A DNA stretch of 63,687 bases, the filler included, from Rhabdomonas costata (Eukaryota), in NCBI GenBank assembly GCA_019059605.1. It is 51 parts of 51 records of this genome, joined end to end, with 100 filler letters (N's around TTAATTAATTAA, not from the genome) between each part and the next. Parts side by side here need not be neighbours in the genome. Positions count along the whole stretch, not along the records: positions 26,266 to 27,416 come from JAHMHO010026116.1; positions 27,517 to 28,667 come from JAHMHO010026117.1; positions 28,768 to 29,917 come from JAHMHO010026118.1; positions 30,018 to 31,168 come from JAHMHO010026119.1; positions 31,269 to 32,419 come from JAHMHO010026120.1; positions 32,520 to 33,670 come from JAHMHO010026121.1; positions 33,771 to 34,921 come from JAHMHO010026122.1; positions 35,022 to 36,172 come from JAHMHO010026123.1; 43 more parts are not named here. One strand, 5' to 3'. Both the position numbers and the translations under genes were made by a program. The notes beneath the pieces were generated by a model. That model saw only the letters and a program-made list of their open reading frames with translations, was not told the origin of the DNA and made no database searches. Within the stretch, counting starts at the first letter, position 1; each line of letters begins with the position of its first letter. Below are positions 26,611 to 39,104 of the stretch, one piece after another.

Positions 26611-27183
26611 CTCAGGGGTCAGCTTATGCACAATGACGTCGGGCTTAGCGCTGATGGCCTGGTCGGCGGCAGGGATGCTCTTGTTCTGCTTGAAGTCGAA
26701 GTCCCCGATTGCCCGGGACAGCGCCAAGTTGCCGTTGACCCGGCCACTGCTGACGAAGGAGCCTGCCTGCTGGATCCGCTTCAGCTCGGTCTCGTTGTTG
26801 GGCTTGTGGTCCTGGCAGGAAAGCCCCACTTCCACTCATTACCCACACGTCACTGATATGAAAGTGCTGCCCTACCACACCCGACCACTACGAGTATGTT
26901 CAGCACTGGCCGCTTGTGCTGGTCCCCGGGCACCTGCTGATAAATTTGGTACAGCGGTGACTTGCATTCTCTCCCTTTGCCTCTGTACAGCACGCGATTA
27001 CGACAACGCTGCAGTGGGGAAGCAGTGCCTGGGAAAGGGGAACCGGCTTGCCGTCACGGCATAGCACACAACGGGAGTCGCCAGCGTTGCCGCAATAAAT
27101 CTCCGTGTCCGTGACGAGCACCACCACTGCGGTGCAGCCTGAGCCGTCGTTGTGGAGCATGGGATCGCGAAGGAGGTCCTCGT
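26611..27183 (-). CDS. Protein phosphatase 2C, partial (exons 27183-27029, 26811-26611)
   Basis: SGCTA, NAGDSRCVL, LSQ|DHKP, RVNGNLALSRAIGDFDFK motifs; intervening intron is GC-AG. Confidence 0.96.
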
Positions 27184-28974
27184 CTGTAACGGGTGGCACA
27201 AAAAGGTTTCCACGACACGTGTGCTGCAAACAGCCGCAGCGATCGACAAATACATTTGAGAAATGAGTCGCAGCGTGGTCGCATGAGTTGCATTCATGGT
27301 CAAAAAGAGGGGAAGTACACACGTAAATCCTTTTTCACCAACGCGTCGAAGCACAGCAAAGAAACAAACCCTGCTGGGGCTGTGCGGGGACTCGGTCACG
27401 CTCTTCCCCACCAAAANNNNNNNNNNNNNNNNNNNNNNNNNNNNNNNNNNNNNNNNNNNNTTAATTAATTAANNNNNNNNNNNNNNNNNNNNNNNNNNNN
27501 NNNNNNNNNNNNNNNNGTGGGTGGGTGGTGCAGCATAATGGGCTGCCCGTGGGTGCGATGGGGAAGGTGCCGAAATATCAGCAGAGCAAGGGTGCACACC
27601 AGTAGAATCAGGTTCATGTTTGCCCCGGGGGTCTCACCCCAAAACGCAATTCTCCCCATGGGACACATCCGCGCGAGGCTGACGCGGGGGGTTGGGAGGA
27701 AAAAACTGTCGATTTATAGCGAACCCAGAAGCAGAGCAAAACGCGCATCAACTAACGAGGCACAAAAGCCAGCAGCGGACGGCAGCGCAACGGCCAATGG
27801 GTCTGTGAGGTATGCTCCAGGTACAATACCCTCAACGATTTTTTCGTGTTTAAGTTCGATCACTCCACCCGCGGAGGCCATGACGCCGCGAGAAGCAGCA
27901 GAAGCGTAGCTCGATACGGGCAACTTCAAAATGGAAGTGGGCTCCGGTAAGGGTTTAGGGAAAGTTTGGCACGGGACACGGAGGTGCGTGAGGGCGACTT
28001 GAGCAACCTACATCACGTGAGAGCCGCGAGAGGTTGGAAGACGAGTCTGACGAGTGAAGGAAGACATCCTCACAGAAGGACACGTCACAACTCAACCTTT
28101 GATGAGCCCCCCCCCCCGAAAAGAACCATGGGGAGTTCTGCAAACGACGAGACCGACGACAACAAAAACATAGGCCTGGCTAAATTGCTAGGTGCTCACA
28201 TCACTTCTGAAGATATCTTGGGAAAACTTGCGAAACAATTGCAGGTCTTAACCAGCACAAATCCAAATGCAAGGCGGGAGCAAGGAAGCAAGGAGACACC
28301 AAGGCGGGATATTTTCCTGTGAAAGAAAGATGGAGAGCAGAGTAGAAATGCACACATAGAAAACCGAACTAACCAATAACCCGAATAATTCAGGAGAACT
28401 TTAAAAAGGGGTTTCTGATGGACAAAAGTGGGAAGGGAGACCATACGGTGGCGACAGAGGGGGAGGAGGAGCAAGCTCATAACAGCCGGCTATGTGTGTT
28501 GACAGCAATGGCAGCGAACGAGCATCACGGGAAATGGAAGGTGCAGAATGTGCTAACGGGGTCCGGTTATGGGTCGGCTTCACTAGGGGAGGAGGAGGAC
28601 GGGAGAGGGGGCAAGGGAGGTGCTTGCCCCCTCTCCCGTCCTCCTCCTCCCCTAGTGAACCACAACANNNNNNNNNNNNNNNNNNNNNNNNNNNNNNNNN
28701 NNNNNNNNNNNTTAATTAATTAANNNNNNNNNNNNNNNNNNNNNNNNNNNNNNNNNNNNNNNNNNNNGCAAGTCGGTTGGGTTGTTTGGCGAATTAAGAC
28801 ATGTTGAGGTGCGAAGGTGGTTAAGTCCCATTTGGAGGAGTTTGAGAAGCGATATAGAGGGTTCGACGTAGTGGGAGGTTGCGGCCGTGAGTCGTCGTCA
28901 AGAGTGCCGGCTGCGAGGAATGGTTGCGGCCAGGCTCCACCCGGACTTTGGGGAAATCGCGGCCAACCAGGTGG

Positions 28975-29100
28975 AAAGAAAGTCTTCTCACCTAGTTGGG
29001 TTGGCAGCGCTAACAAAGCAAATGCTTTGCCTGGAGAGACCATGGAGTGTAGAGGATTTAGTGGGCGGTAAAAGTTGGTTTATCCATCGGTACTATAAAA
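28975..29100 (+). mobile_element. Possible decayed tyrosine recombinase C-terminus (DIRS/Ngaro-like)
   Basis: FSPSWVGSANKA...G...SGR*/KSWFIHRYY resembles HSxRxGxA...GRWxS...RY but needs one stop and one frameshift. Confidence 0.3.
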
Positions 29101-29366
29101 GAAAACACCTGAATTACACGGGCTTCCCATTGCCATGAAAACCCTTGCAACGTGTTACGGACCCCGCTCCGCACGTGAATCCGCGGGGGATGCTCCGCAC
29201 GGCCCCCTTCCCACTCAGCATGGGCTTCACACCGGCGGCGGACTGGAACCAGGAGCCAAGACGGGCTACTCGTCTTGGCGTGGCCTCCACGGCCGGTTCC
29301 GGGAATCAAACCCGCGACCTTGCAGCCACGAGCCCGGCCGCCAGACCACTCAGACATAAGACCTGC
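29100..29366 (-). mobile_element. tRNA-derived SINE candidate / tRNA pseudogene (tRNA-like head 29366-29292)
   Basis: A-box-like TGTCTGAGTGG, T-arm GCGGG-TTTGATT-CCCG preceded by AAGGTC, imperfect acceptor stem; followed by a 9-bp hairpin and a T-rich end. Confidence 0.55.
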
Positions 29367-30158
29367 CATGTCTGGTTGCCCGCGGTGTCCGTGAAATTGC
29401 CCAACCGGGATTTTAAAACACAAAAAAGCGTGAAGTTTGCGTTCGGGTACGCGGGCGGATGCCAACAGGGAGAATACATAAACTAATGATCGGCAGGAAT
29501 TGGGGAAGCAAATTGGCGGGAACGGGGTCCGAAGGAAGCGGCCGGAGGCAAAGGGAAGGAAGGGGCTCCAGGGAGGAGGGATACGCACCGGAGCGCGGCA
29601 AAGGCGCTGCGTCGACGGGAGCGTCCGGGAAGCCGCCAGGCTGCAACGGATGAGTTTGGGAGCTCGGGCGTTTGGTTTCCCGGGGACTGCCTGGTCCACC
29701 CCCGATGGCGGGCGGGATCAGGCGAGGAATGATAGAGGCCCAAGGCCTCCAGCCCGTCTTCTCCGTTAGCCCGCGGCGGACCAACATCATGCCTTGCCAG
29801 GGGGAGCGCCGCCCTTTGCTAAACCGCTGTTGAAAGCGCTTCCAGAACCTTGGCGTCCGCGAAAGGAACCCCCAGCGTGCAAGTGCTTACCCCAACTTTG
29901 CATATCAACACACCACANNNNNNNNNNNNNNNNNNNNNNNNNNNNNNNNNNNNNNNNNNNNTTAATTAATTAANNNNNNNNNNNNNNNNNNNNNNNNNNN
30001 NNNNNNNNNNNNNNNNNGGTGGGTGTGTCGCGACTTCTGCTTCGTCTTCCTCCTTTTCTGTATTCGTTTCTACAATGCCCGCCGGCTTCAGAGCGCTGGC
30101 GGGCATTGTAGAAACGAATACAGAAAAGGAGGAAGACGAAGCAGAAGTCGCGGCATAC

Positions 30159-30311
30159 CAGCACAAACTTCTGGATGTAGTCCCGGGGCAGCACTTCGTA
30201 CACCGGGGAGTGGTCTCGCTCCTGCTGAAGTTCGAAGAACAGCCGCAGCATGTTGTCCGAGGGGGTGGCTGGCTGGCTGCTGTCATCCGCAGGGGGATTG
30301 AACAAGATCAC
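30159..30311 (-). CDS. Internal exon, unknown protein
   Basis: ctacag|VILFNPPADD...RDYIQKFVL|gtatgc, high GC3. Confidence 0.6.
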
Positions 30312-31470
30312 CTGTAGCATTCGGCACCCCTCTCCCAGTGAGAGGCGAACCACAAAAAAAGACGATTGTATATACTACACATAAAATTGGGACTCCATTT
30401 TTATTTTCATGCCTTCCGGCTTGGTAAGGGAACAAATACCTCACTGACAGCTCCGCGACTGGTAAAAGTTGTTCATCGGGCGCTCCCTCGCCTTTCTTCC
30501 TCTTCATACCCCCGACCTACTTCCCGAAGTCCAGAAAATTTCACATCAGCGAAAAATACTGCAGATAACGGAAGTGCATTGGACGCGGCGCTATGGAAAT
30601 TTTGTTTTGGGTTGTGGTACTGAAAGCTTTGCCGATCAAACCCATGCTCGAAAGGACTCATGTTTGAAGTACGAGGGCATCCTCAAAAAGCCGAGGGTAC
30701 TTGTCTGTTGTGGAGAAGATCCCTAGTGCCTAGTGGAGATGATGAACGGAGAATACTCCGCACCAAAGGAACCGTCGCGCAGCAACGAGTGGCCCAATTT
30801 TATTTTCAGGCTCTGTCTTGAAGGGCTCCAAGGCCCTATGCAGTTAGACTTACCTATTTAAAGTCCTAAGCGCTGCGCCCCGGCTTCTGCCGGCATAATT
30901 CGCTCCAAAGCACTACCTTAAGGAACCCAGCAGGACCCATACTGATAGTTTAAGCACACTACGCAGACCAACGGACGCCAACGCACAAACTGCCACCCAG
31001 GTGGGTCATATCGTGCGCTGTACAGCCTACTCGTCACCGCAATGTTCACAGTTTGGAGGAAAGGAACTGCAATAATTCAAGGGCACAAGCTGAAAGGTTA
31101 TAGAAACGAGCAACATTAGTGAGCAGTACATAGCCAATGCGGATGTCCAAGCTATCCAACCATACCCCNNNNNNNNNNNNNNNNNNNNNNNNNNNNNNNN
31201 NNNNNNNNNNNNTTAATTAATTAANNNNNNNNNNNNNNNNNNNNNNNNNNNNNNNNNNNNNNNNNNNNAATACTTTGTGACTTCCGACAGTGTTGTGCTG
31301 TTGGATATTTTTTCAGCGAGGGAATCCTAAGGAGGCGGCACTGTACAGTTAGACCGAACAAACCTTTGTTCTTTCTCGGCTGTCTCTCTCTCTCTGAGGT
31401 CTAGGCACCCCCATTCCGTGTTGAGCCGCCCCCTTCTCTCTCTCTCTCTCTCTCTCTCAATGGTCTGCAG

Positions 31471-31610
31471 AGCATATGGGGCCGGTTTTCGCGCGGTCTG
31501 CGGAGGGTCCGCGTGGAGGCTCCGTGGAAGACTCTGGGCCGAGAGGAGGCTGCTCACCGCCGCGACGTAGCCGACGAGGAGGCCTGGGCCTACCGCCAGG
31601 CTCTGCACTG
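31471..31610 (+). CDS. Internal exon with EExxR..EE coiled-coil motif
   Basis: cag|...REEAAHRRDVADEEAWAYRQALH|gtacgg after a (CT)n tract. Confidence 0.55.
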
Positions 31611-32598
31611 GTACGGAGGGAGCGGGCACAGAGAGTTGGTCTGGGTCACTGACGCAGGCATGGTTTTGCTATACAAAACGAAAAGTAATTGCAGATGTAC
31701 ACGTTACTGGCAGTGCTTTGAGCGAATGAAAATGCCAATTTTTTTGGATTTCCTCGTCCCCTGTTAACCCCTGTGCCCGACGTGGTGGTTTGGTGCGATC
31801 AAACGAGACGTTTTTGTCCCTTTTCTGCATCATTTGGAATCGGAATCTCGCGACGACTGTGTTGGTCTGCTGCAATTCCGTTCAGTATGGCTCTTAGCTG
31901 CTTCCTCGTTTTCTTCTTTGCCGTGCCTGCGAGCGTATTGATGTCTCCCCCTGATGTCAGGCGCTGCCCTCTTGTTGCAAACAACTCCTTTTCGGTAGGT
32001 CTAGACAACAACTCTCTGGCATCGCCGACCACCGGGAGGAGTTCGACTTTTTCGATGAGTACTGCGGTACTGCGCTTTGAGCTCAGAACAAGCGCCAGCC
32101 GATGTTAATTCTTTTGAATTGAAAATAAGCACGTCCATCCCATCGCCGATAAGGATGCTTATCGAAAAATGATTACAGTGATCCTAAGCACCTCTGTAGA
32201 GTGGTTGGTAATGTCCAGTGTTCAGTAGCACGAAACAAAAAACCCAATGTATAGGCAAAGTACACAAAAAACCCAATGTATAGGCAAAGTACAGAAAATA
32301 CCGAGCCAACAAAAGCGATTCAAGTGGGAAGAAATAAAGCAAAAGAGGTGGGAGACGAAGTCAAACATAAGCAAAGGAGGCAAAAAAAAATCACAGAGGG
32401 CGAGCGAATTGCACCAAACNNNNNNNNNNNNNNNNNNNNNNNNNNNNNNNNNNNNNNNNNNNNTTAATTAATTAANNNNNNNNNNNNNNNNNNNNNNNNN
32501 NNNNNNNNNNNNNNNNNNNCCGCCCTTACACTCACTTCCGTCGATGGTGTCGTGCTGCGGGGGGTGGCAAGGGGATCCATGAATGGGAGGTGCACAAC

Positions 32599-33295
32599 CC
32601 TCGCAGTAGCTTCGGCAGGCAGCCACGGAGTCCCTCCCGGTGTCACAGCACACGAACAGGGAGGTGAAGTTCAAGTTCGGCCGCTCTTTCTGCACCAGCT
32701 TGAGGGCGGTCATCATCCGGTCCAGCTGAGTGGGGCACACCTCGGGACAGTTCGTGAAGCCAAAGTACATCAGCTGCCACGTGCCTCGGTAAGATGCCTG
32801 TGAATCCACCCCAAAACGCGCCGGTTGGACATGAGTGGGATCTGAACACCATGGCGCGTTGGAGGACGTGATCGCGGGTGTTCTTCGGTGTCAGCGAAAA
32901 CAAAAAGGGGTGACGCACTCGAGTGCGCGGATTGATGGGGGTTACAGGAATACAACCTGTCCCCTAACAACCGCTCCAACAAAGTGGCCAACACGTTGGT
33001 GCTGGATTCAAACGCTGGACGAGAGACCACCCGTGTTGACGGGTGATGATCACAGAGCTCGAAAGACTCCGAGGTAGCTGTCGGAAGGCAAGATTTGCCT
33101 GGGTCACGGAGAACATTGTGCTGGAAACTCTGGAGTGACGAAGGCAAATAGTCATATGAAAGTGAACTGCAAGTTCAGCTTTCTGCTCTCTACCAGAGTC
33201 ACTGGAGAGCCGAAGTGGTCCACCATGGTGTACGGGCCGCCCAAGGTAGCCACACCCGTGGTCTTTACCGCGGCCAGGGGCTGCTCCTTTATCCG
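32599..33295 (-). CDS. SCO1: SCO1/SenC copper chaperone, partial (exons 33295-33194, 32797-32599)
   Basis: LGGPYTMVDHFG, YFGFTNCPEVCP (CxxxC), D..RDS motifs; GT-AG intron. Confidence 0.93.
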
Positions 33296-34103
33296 CTGCA
33301 GAAACCCAAAACCCCAAGCAGCAGAGGGGGAGTGACACATCTCCGCGGGCGAGTGCACACAGCAAAAAGTTCTTAAGCAGAAATCAGAATTTTTCTGTTG
33401 TGGTTGCTCTTTCGTTTTACCCGATAAATAGGGACGTCTTCAGTAGAAACAAAACCTGCACATGACAACAGTGCAGCCGGGTTCTGTCCCCGGTGCACAT
33501 GAATTTTCTACAAACATCTCGTCTTGAATAAGAAATGAGGAACATATTTTCTGTTTCAAATCCGAAACACAAGCTAGACAAAGGGAGGGCAGGGCAACCT
33601 TTTCCTGATTCCTCTTCCATAGAAGGTACCCCGGGACCCCCACAGCAAGCCCGCGGAGATGTGTCACTCCNNNNNNNNNNNNNNNNNNNNNNNNNNNNNN
33701 NNNNNNNNNNNNNNTTAATTAATTAANNNNNNNNNNNNNNNNNNNNNNNNNNNNNNNNNNNNNNNNNNNNGGTGTTGTGGAGTGGCGTGTGATGGGGTAC
33801 CCGGCACCGGTGGTGCCCTAATTACCCGGGTTCCCTTGTTTTTGTGAAACGGGGAACTATCCAATGATTCAAGCATGTGATCGGGAGAAAGCCAGGTGGC
33901 GATACAGATGTCCCCTGGGATCCCAGTAGTTTTGCAGGTGTTCAGGTTGCCCTAGGTACAGGTGTTCCTAGTAAAAGGAGAATTTTCGAGGATGACTTGG
34001 GCCGCGGAGCGAAGTGGAACTTAATTACCGGAAACTTCCTTGTTTTTTTTTGTTTTGTCACATCATTTACTTGTCTCGTTTTTCCCTTCTCTACTCTCTT
34101 CAG

Positions 34104-34412
34104 TCTGCAACATCTCTGTGAGCGGGCGGGTTGGCTCTCGCTCCGATATTAACGGCATTTACGTCGCCGCCAATGCCCTGTTCCAAGGGAGGCCGTACTA
34201 CTACAACCGCGAGTCAATGTTGTACCTGTTCTCCAGCGACTACAGCACATGGGTCATTGGTGCACCTCTTGGAGGCTTCATCATTTCTGCCAAAAACCTC
34301 CAGTACACGTCCACCCCAAACTTAATCACCGATTGCTGGCAGATTTTCAGCTTCTCAATATGGGGATTACCCTTTTACGAAGACGATCCCCTGGTGCAGT
34401 CCGTATGCGCAG
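34104..34412 (+). CDS. Exon encoding a probable extracellular beta-module
   Basis: C...INGIY...GRPYY...LYLF...WVIG...W...VC, symmetric phase 1-1 exon with canonical ends. Confidence 0.6.
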
Positions 34413-35262
34413 GTGCTGTTCTTTGACTTGGGAATAACTCCCGCTTCGCCAGAACCGGGTCTTGCCAAAACTCAAAGAATATCAAGGATCAAAGAATTAT
34501 CGATCAAGTATCAAGGATCACAGAAATATCGATTGCTACAGAAGATTTGGAGAAAACTCGACTATATCAAGAATTGAAAATATATTTTCCAAGGAATTAT
34601 TTTCACAAAAATTAGATTCTTGTGACAATGCCCAAGAGAGTTGGCACTTTAGCACCAAGTAAGTTTGGCACCTATCTTGGACCCGTTGGGCCACCCAATA
34701 ACCCGTCTAATTAGAGGAGGGGGGGGGAGGAAAGAATGCCTGGGCCAAAATATCAGGGGAGTTGGGATTGAAAAGATCGTAAATCGTACATCGGGGGAAT
34801 TTTTTGGACTCTCAGGGACGCGCACGTGCACGGGGACGCATGCAACAGAGAGCATACCCTTCATGTGACACGCAGTCCGTGTACGCTACTGAGCCGTTGC
34901 GTACACGGACTGGGACAACACNNNNNNNNNNNNNNNNNNNNNNNNNNNNNNNNNNNNNNNNNNNNTTAATTAATTAANNNNNNNNNNNNNNNNNNNNNNN
35001 NNNNNNNNNNNNNNNNNNNNNACGCAAGAATAAGCGACAGGGGGACAGGAGGGAGGTACTGTTGAGGTGTTCCGCTGGAATGGGATAAAGACTGTCAGCG
35101 TGGGTTCTTCAGGGGTGCCTTTTCTATGCCCCTACCACCTCATAATTGGAGTCCTTTCAAGCAATGCTCATTCCTTCAGATGGTCACATGGGCAGTTTGC
35201 CCATGACTTTTGCGGCGTAAATGCCGTTGAATTCTGGCCCCGCGCTCTCAAAACATTCAAAG

Positions 35263-36172
35263 GTGGACTGCCCCAAGGGCAAGCGCAAGGGCGATGAGAA
35301 GGCCCCGGAGAATGTGAAGGGCAAGGGTATGTGTAAGGAGAAGGGCAAAGTCAAGGGCAAGGGCAAGGGCAAGGGCACCCTGCAGCTGCTGGACCACGTC
35401 AGCGGGTACGCCAAGCCCGGGGTGGTGACGGCGCTGATGGGGGGCAGCGGCGCGGGTAAGACCACCCTGTTGGACGTGCTGGCCGGGCGGAAGACCACAG
35501 GGAAGATTACCGGGGACATCCTCCTGAACGGTCGGCCCACGGATAAGGTCACCTTTGGGCAGATCGCGGGCTACGTCGAACAGGTGTGGTGCCAGAGCCA
35601 TTGTGTTTGCATCGTGCCTTTCTCTTTGCCAGTTGTCGTGCGGATAGCACGCATACGGGTTCCTCGTTACCATGCTTCTCTCTCCTTTCTCCTTGAGCCT
35701 CGCATCACGTGTGGTGCGGTTGCTGTATCCCTTTTCCCCTTTAAATTTGTTCGCCGGCATGGGCCGAAATGTTCCAATTCCGTTGCAACCCAGAATTCTT
35801 TGCACAGTCCGAGTCACCTGAACCGAGCACGTCTAAAAAAAGAGTGCGCTTTCTGACCACCGGTTGTAATTTCCGAAAGCGCACTCTTTTAGCCAAACGG
35901 AATTACAGCCGGTATCGGTTGGGAAATGTTGCGCTGGAGTTCTCACAGAGAGCGGCTGTGCGGGGATTTTCAACTGCACACTCGGGCGGCATGCTTTGTG
36001 TGATCTGTTCTTTGCGGTTATACCGTTACCTCACACTGACGCGGGCCCACATCCAGCACTAGAATGTAGTAACTGTAGCTCGCCATGTCTTTGGCGCGTG
36101 CGCGCACTGTCTTGTTCGTCTCCCTCCTCTCCCGATTTCTTTCACACAGAATGACATTCACACCACCCACAC
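35263..36172 (+). CDS. PDR/ABCG transporter, second nucleotide-binding domain, partial (exons 35263-35583, 36150-)
   Basis: [41 protein letters not shown]...GYVEQ|NDIH; GT-AG intron 35584-36149. Confidence 0.95.
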
Positions 36173-36272
36173 NNNNNNNNNNNNNNNNNNNNNNNNNNNN
36201 NNNNNNNNNNNNNNNNTTAATTAATTAANNNNNNNNNNNNNNNNNNNNNNNNNNNNNNNNNNNNNNNNNNNN

Positions 36273-36945
36273 GGGGGGTTTGTTGTGCGAAGGATGTGGT
36301 TACGGTTGTGTCATGGTGTCATGGTGTCAAGGAATCGAGGGTTTGTGTGGAAGTCGAGGGGTTGGGTGTCGAAGGGTGGATGTTGCTGCTGTTGTTGAGG
36401 GTGCTGGTGCTGCTACGTGTGAGGGTCAACGCTTCGAGGGTTTGAGTGAGGGTCCATGTTTCTGATGCCAAGCTGAGTACGTTGTTGGATGTGAGGGTCA
36501 TGCGTGTTTCTTGAGTTGAGGGTGTCAGGGTTGAGGCATTTCGTGTTCTGAGGTCAGGGGTTGGAGCGAAGTCTGAGGGTGGCGGTTGCTGCGATGCCAA
36601 GCTGAGTACTACGCTGTGATGTTGTGAGTGTGTTGAGGCCTTGAGGTGTGACGTGTGGTGGTTTTCGCGTTTCAGGGTCAGAGGGTTTCGTGATGTTGGG
36701 TTCGGAGGGTGAGGGTGTTGGTGTTGACGGCTGTACTACGGTGTTACGTGTTGATGTTGGCTGGGTGCGTGGATTTACGTTGGAGGGTCGAGGGGTGTGC
36801 GTTTTTGCGTCGGAGGGTCTCAAGGTCAGTGGGTGTGAGGGATGTTGTCAGTGCTTCTACAGTGCATGTGTCTCGAAGTGTGAGTGTGAGTGTGGGGTTC
36901 AGGGTGTCGTGTTTTGGGTCTCAGGGTTTACGTCTCGAGGGGTTT
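36273..36945 (+). repeat. G/T-skewed region with ~20 NNAGGG(T) units
   Basis: Recurrent tgagggt/tcagggt/cgagggt; internal duplication gatgccaagctgagtac at ~36465 and ~36593. Confidence 0.7.
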
Positions 36946-39104
36946 CCTGCTTTCTACCTGCGGTGCCTTCCTGACTCCGGGATGCCTCGATGCCTCGACA
37001 TCTCTCCGTACCTTCTATGCCGATACCTTACTCCGATTCCTGCTGCTCCTCAACTTGGGAACACGTAATGGAGAGAAGAAGAAGGTGAATAAATGCCTTG
37101 ATGTCGTCAATCAGTCGCTCCAACACAAAGAGAAGGATGTGGAAAAAGCACACGACTGCTCACTCACCATTTCATATGTAACTCTGCAGCGTTTCCACAC
37201 ACACACTGCAACTCTTCAACCAATCATGAGGCTCATCTGTGGTTCTTGTTGGGCACATCTGTAAGAACAAAAGGCAAAATCAACTACAAAAGCAAACTCT
37301 CGACGAATTGTGGATTTTTGAACATTTAACGTAAATTTTGTAAACCTGGACAAAAGAGTGAATTACAAATGTTCAAACTGCCGCAGTGTAACACACCACA
37401 CTGTAAGCCTTGTCCACCAACAAANNNNNNNNNNNNNNNNNNNNNNNNNNNNNNNNNNNNNNNNNNNNTTAATTAATTAANNNNNNNNNNNNNNNNNNNN
37501 NNNNNNNNNNNNNNNNNNNNNNNNTCCTGACCATGTTGCAATCACCTTTGCGGTCGGAGCAATGGGGCCACACGCCAGAGGCACAGTGTGGGACGCTCAG
37601 ACGTTTGATACGTGGGAAGCGTTTGTAGCTTACTTGAATACCAGGTTCTGTCCCGATAATTTTGAGTACAACATTTTTTAGAGATTGGGCAAGCTGAGAG
37701 TTGATGGAAACTTTCAGTTTTTCGTGTATCAGTTCACATGCGTGAACACTCACGTGGTTGATACCTCTTTGGGTGGTCGTGACTCTGGATTAAACTCGAC
37801 CTGAAATGTATCCCGGCTTACATAGGTGTCTTGGCACCTATATTTGGGCATAGGTTTCTTCCGTCTGTCCGGTTGTTGCTCTGGTGCTCTCTGCAGGCTT
37901 CGCCTTTTTGAAAAGTGGGCTGGTGTGCCAACACTTTCGATTTACCAAGCCGCTTTGGAGTTAAACTGGCGACCTCTGGGTGCACAACTCTGCAAACCAG
38001 GGTGGGTTCAGGATGCTTTCGTGGCTCGTGATGGCTGCTTTAGGCACATGGGGGTCTCTTGGTCTGGCCTTGGTCTGTGGAGGGGTTTCGCTGACCTGGT
38101 CTCTCCGCTTATGCCTTTCGCCAATATCCCACCCAAAAGAAGAAGGATGTGTGGAACGCGACCCCACGCGCACGCACACCCTGTCCACCGCACTAACGCC
38201 ACACACTTTTCTACCCCTCTCCATCTGCTGGTGTCTCGGGTCTCTGCGGCTCTCGCCTGCTGTTTCTCTGTGATTCTGCTGCACCTCCTCTTCGAAAACA
38301 CAATTAAAGGCGAACGCAAACCAAACTGAAATAAAAAGCGACCTTTTAGATTTAATTCCGCATTAACGGACTCACGCCATTTTTTAGGAACCTAATCATG
38401 GAACTCTCTCTGTAATTCTCGTGGTTCTTGGCGTTCAGGGTAGTCACTATGGTAGTCAGGAAGAATTCTGAAATTTGCCTGATATGTGAAAACTCGGGGG
38501 AAATGTCAGAATGCAACTTTCTTCCTCCGGAACCATGGAACACACCATGTGGATTTCTAATGCGGTAGGGTCGTGTGCTTGCCACCTCCTTCCACGTGAC
38601 TTCACTCCATTGGCCTGGCTCTCTGCCTCGCCTGTGGTCTTCCACACTGCCTCGCTGCTGGCCTACCCCCACACANNNNNNNNNNNNNNNNNNNNNNNNN
38701 NNNNNNNNNNNNNNNNNNNTTAATTAATTAANNNNNNNNNNNNNNNNNNNNNNNNNNNNNNNNNNNNNNNNNNNNGTGTTGGTGTGCACGTGACCTTTCA
38801 CATGTTGTTATACGTCTATGATCCTTGCTTCAAGTTGCTTTCAGAGGCATCAGCTCGGCGTTGTGGGTAAACTTCTTGGTTTTGTTGGTCTGGATATCGT
38901 TTTGTCGCGCTTTGCCACCGGGCTGCGGTGTCACCGTGCAAACGGGCCTCGCCCACCTGCAGTCCTCATCACTGTGTGCCGGTGTGTATCGTTTTTTTGT
39001 ATCGGCCCTGCCCGCCCAGCAGTGCAGTGAACCGAAAGGAAGAAATAGGGAGAGAAGGAGGGAACTCACAGCTCGTCCAGGTGTTGGTGGGGGGTGACTC
39101 CCAG

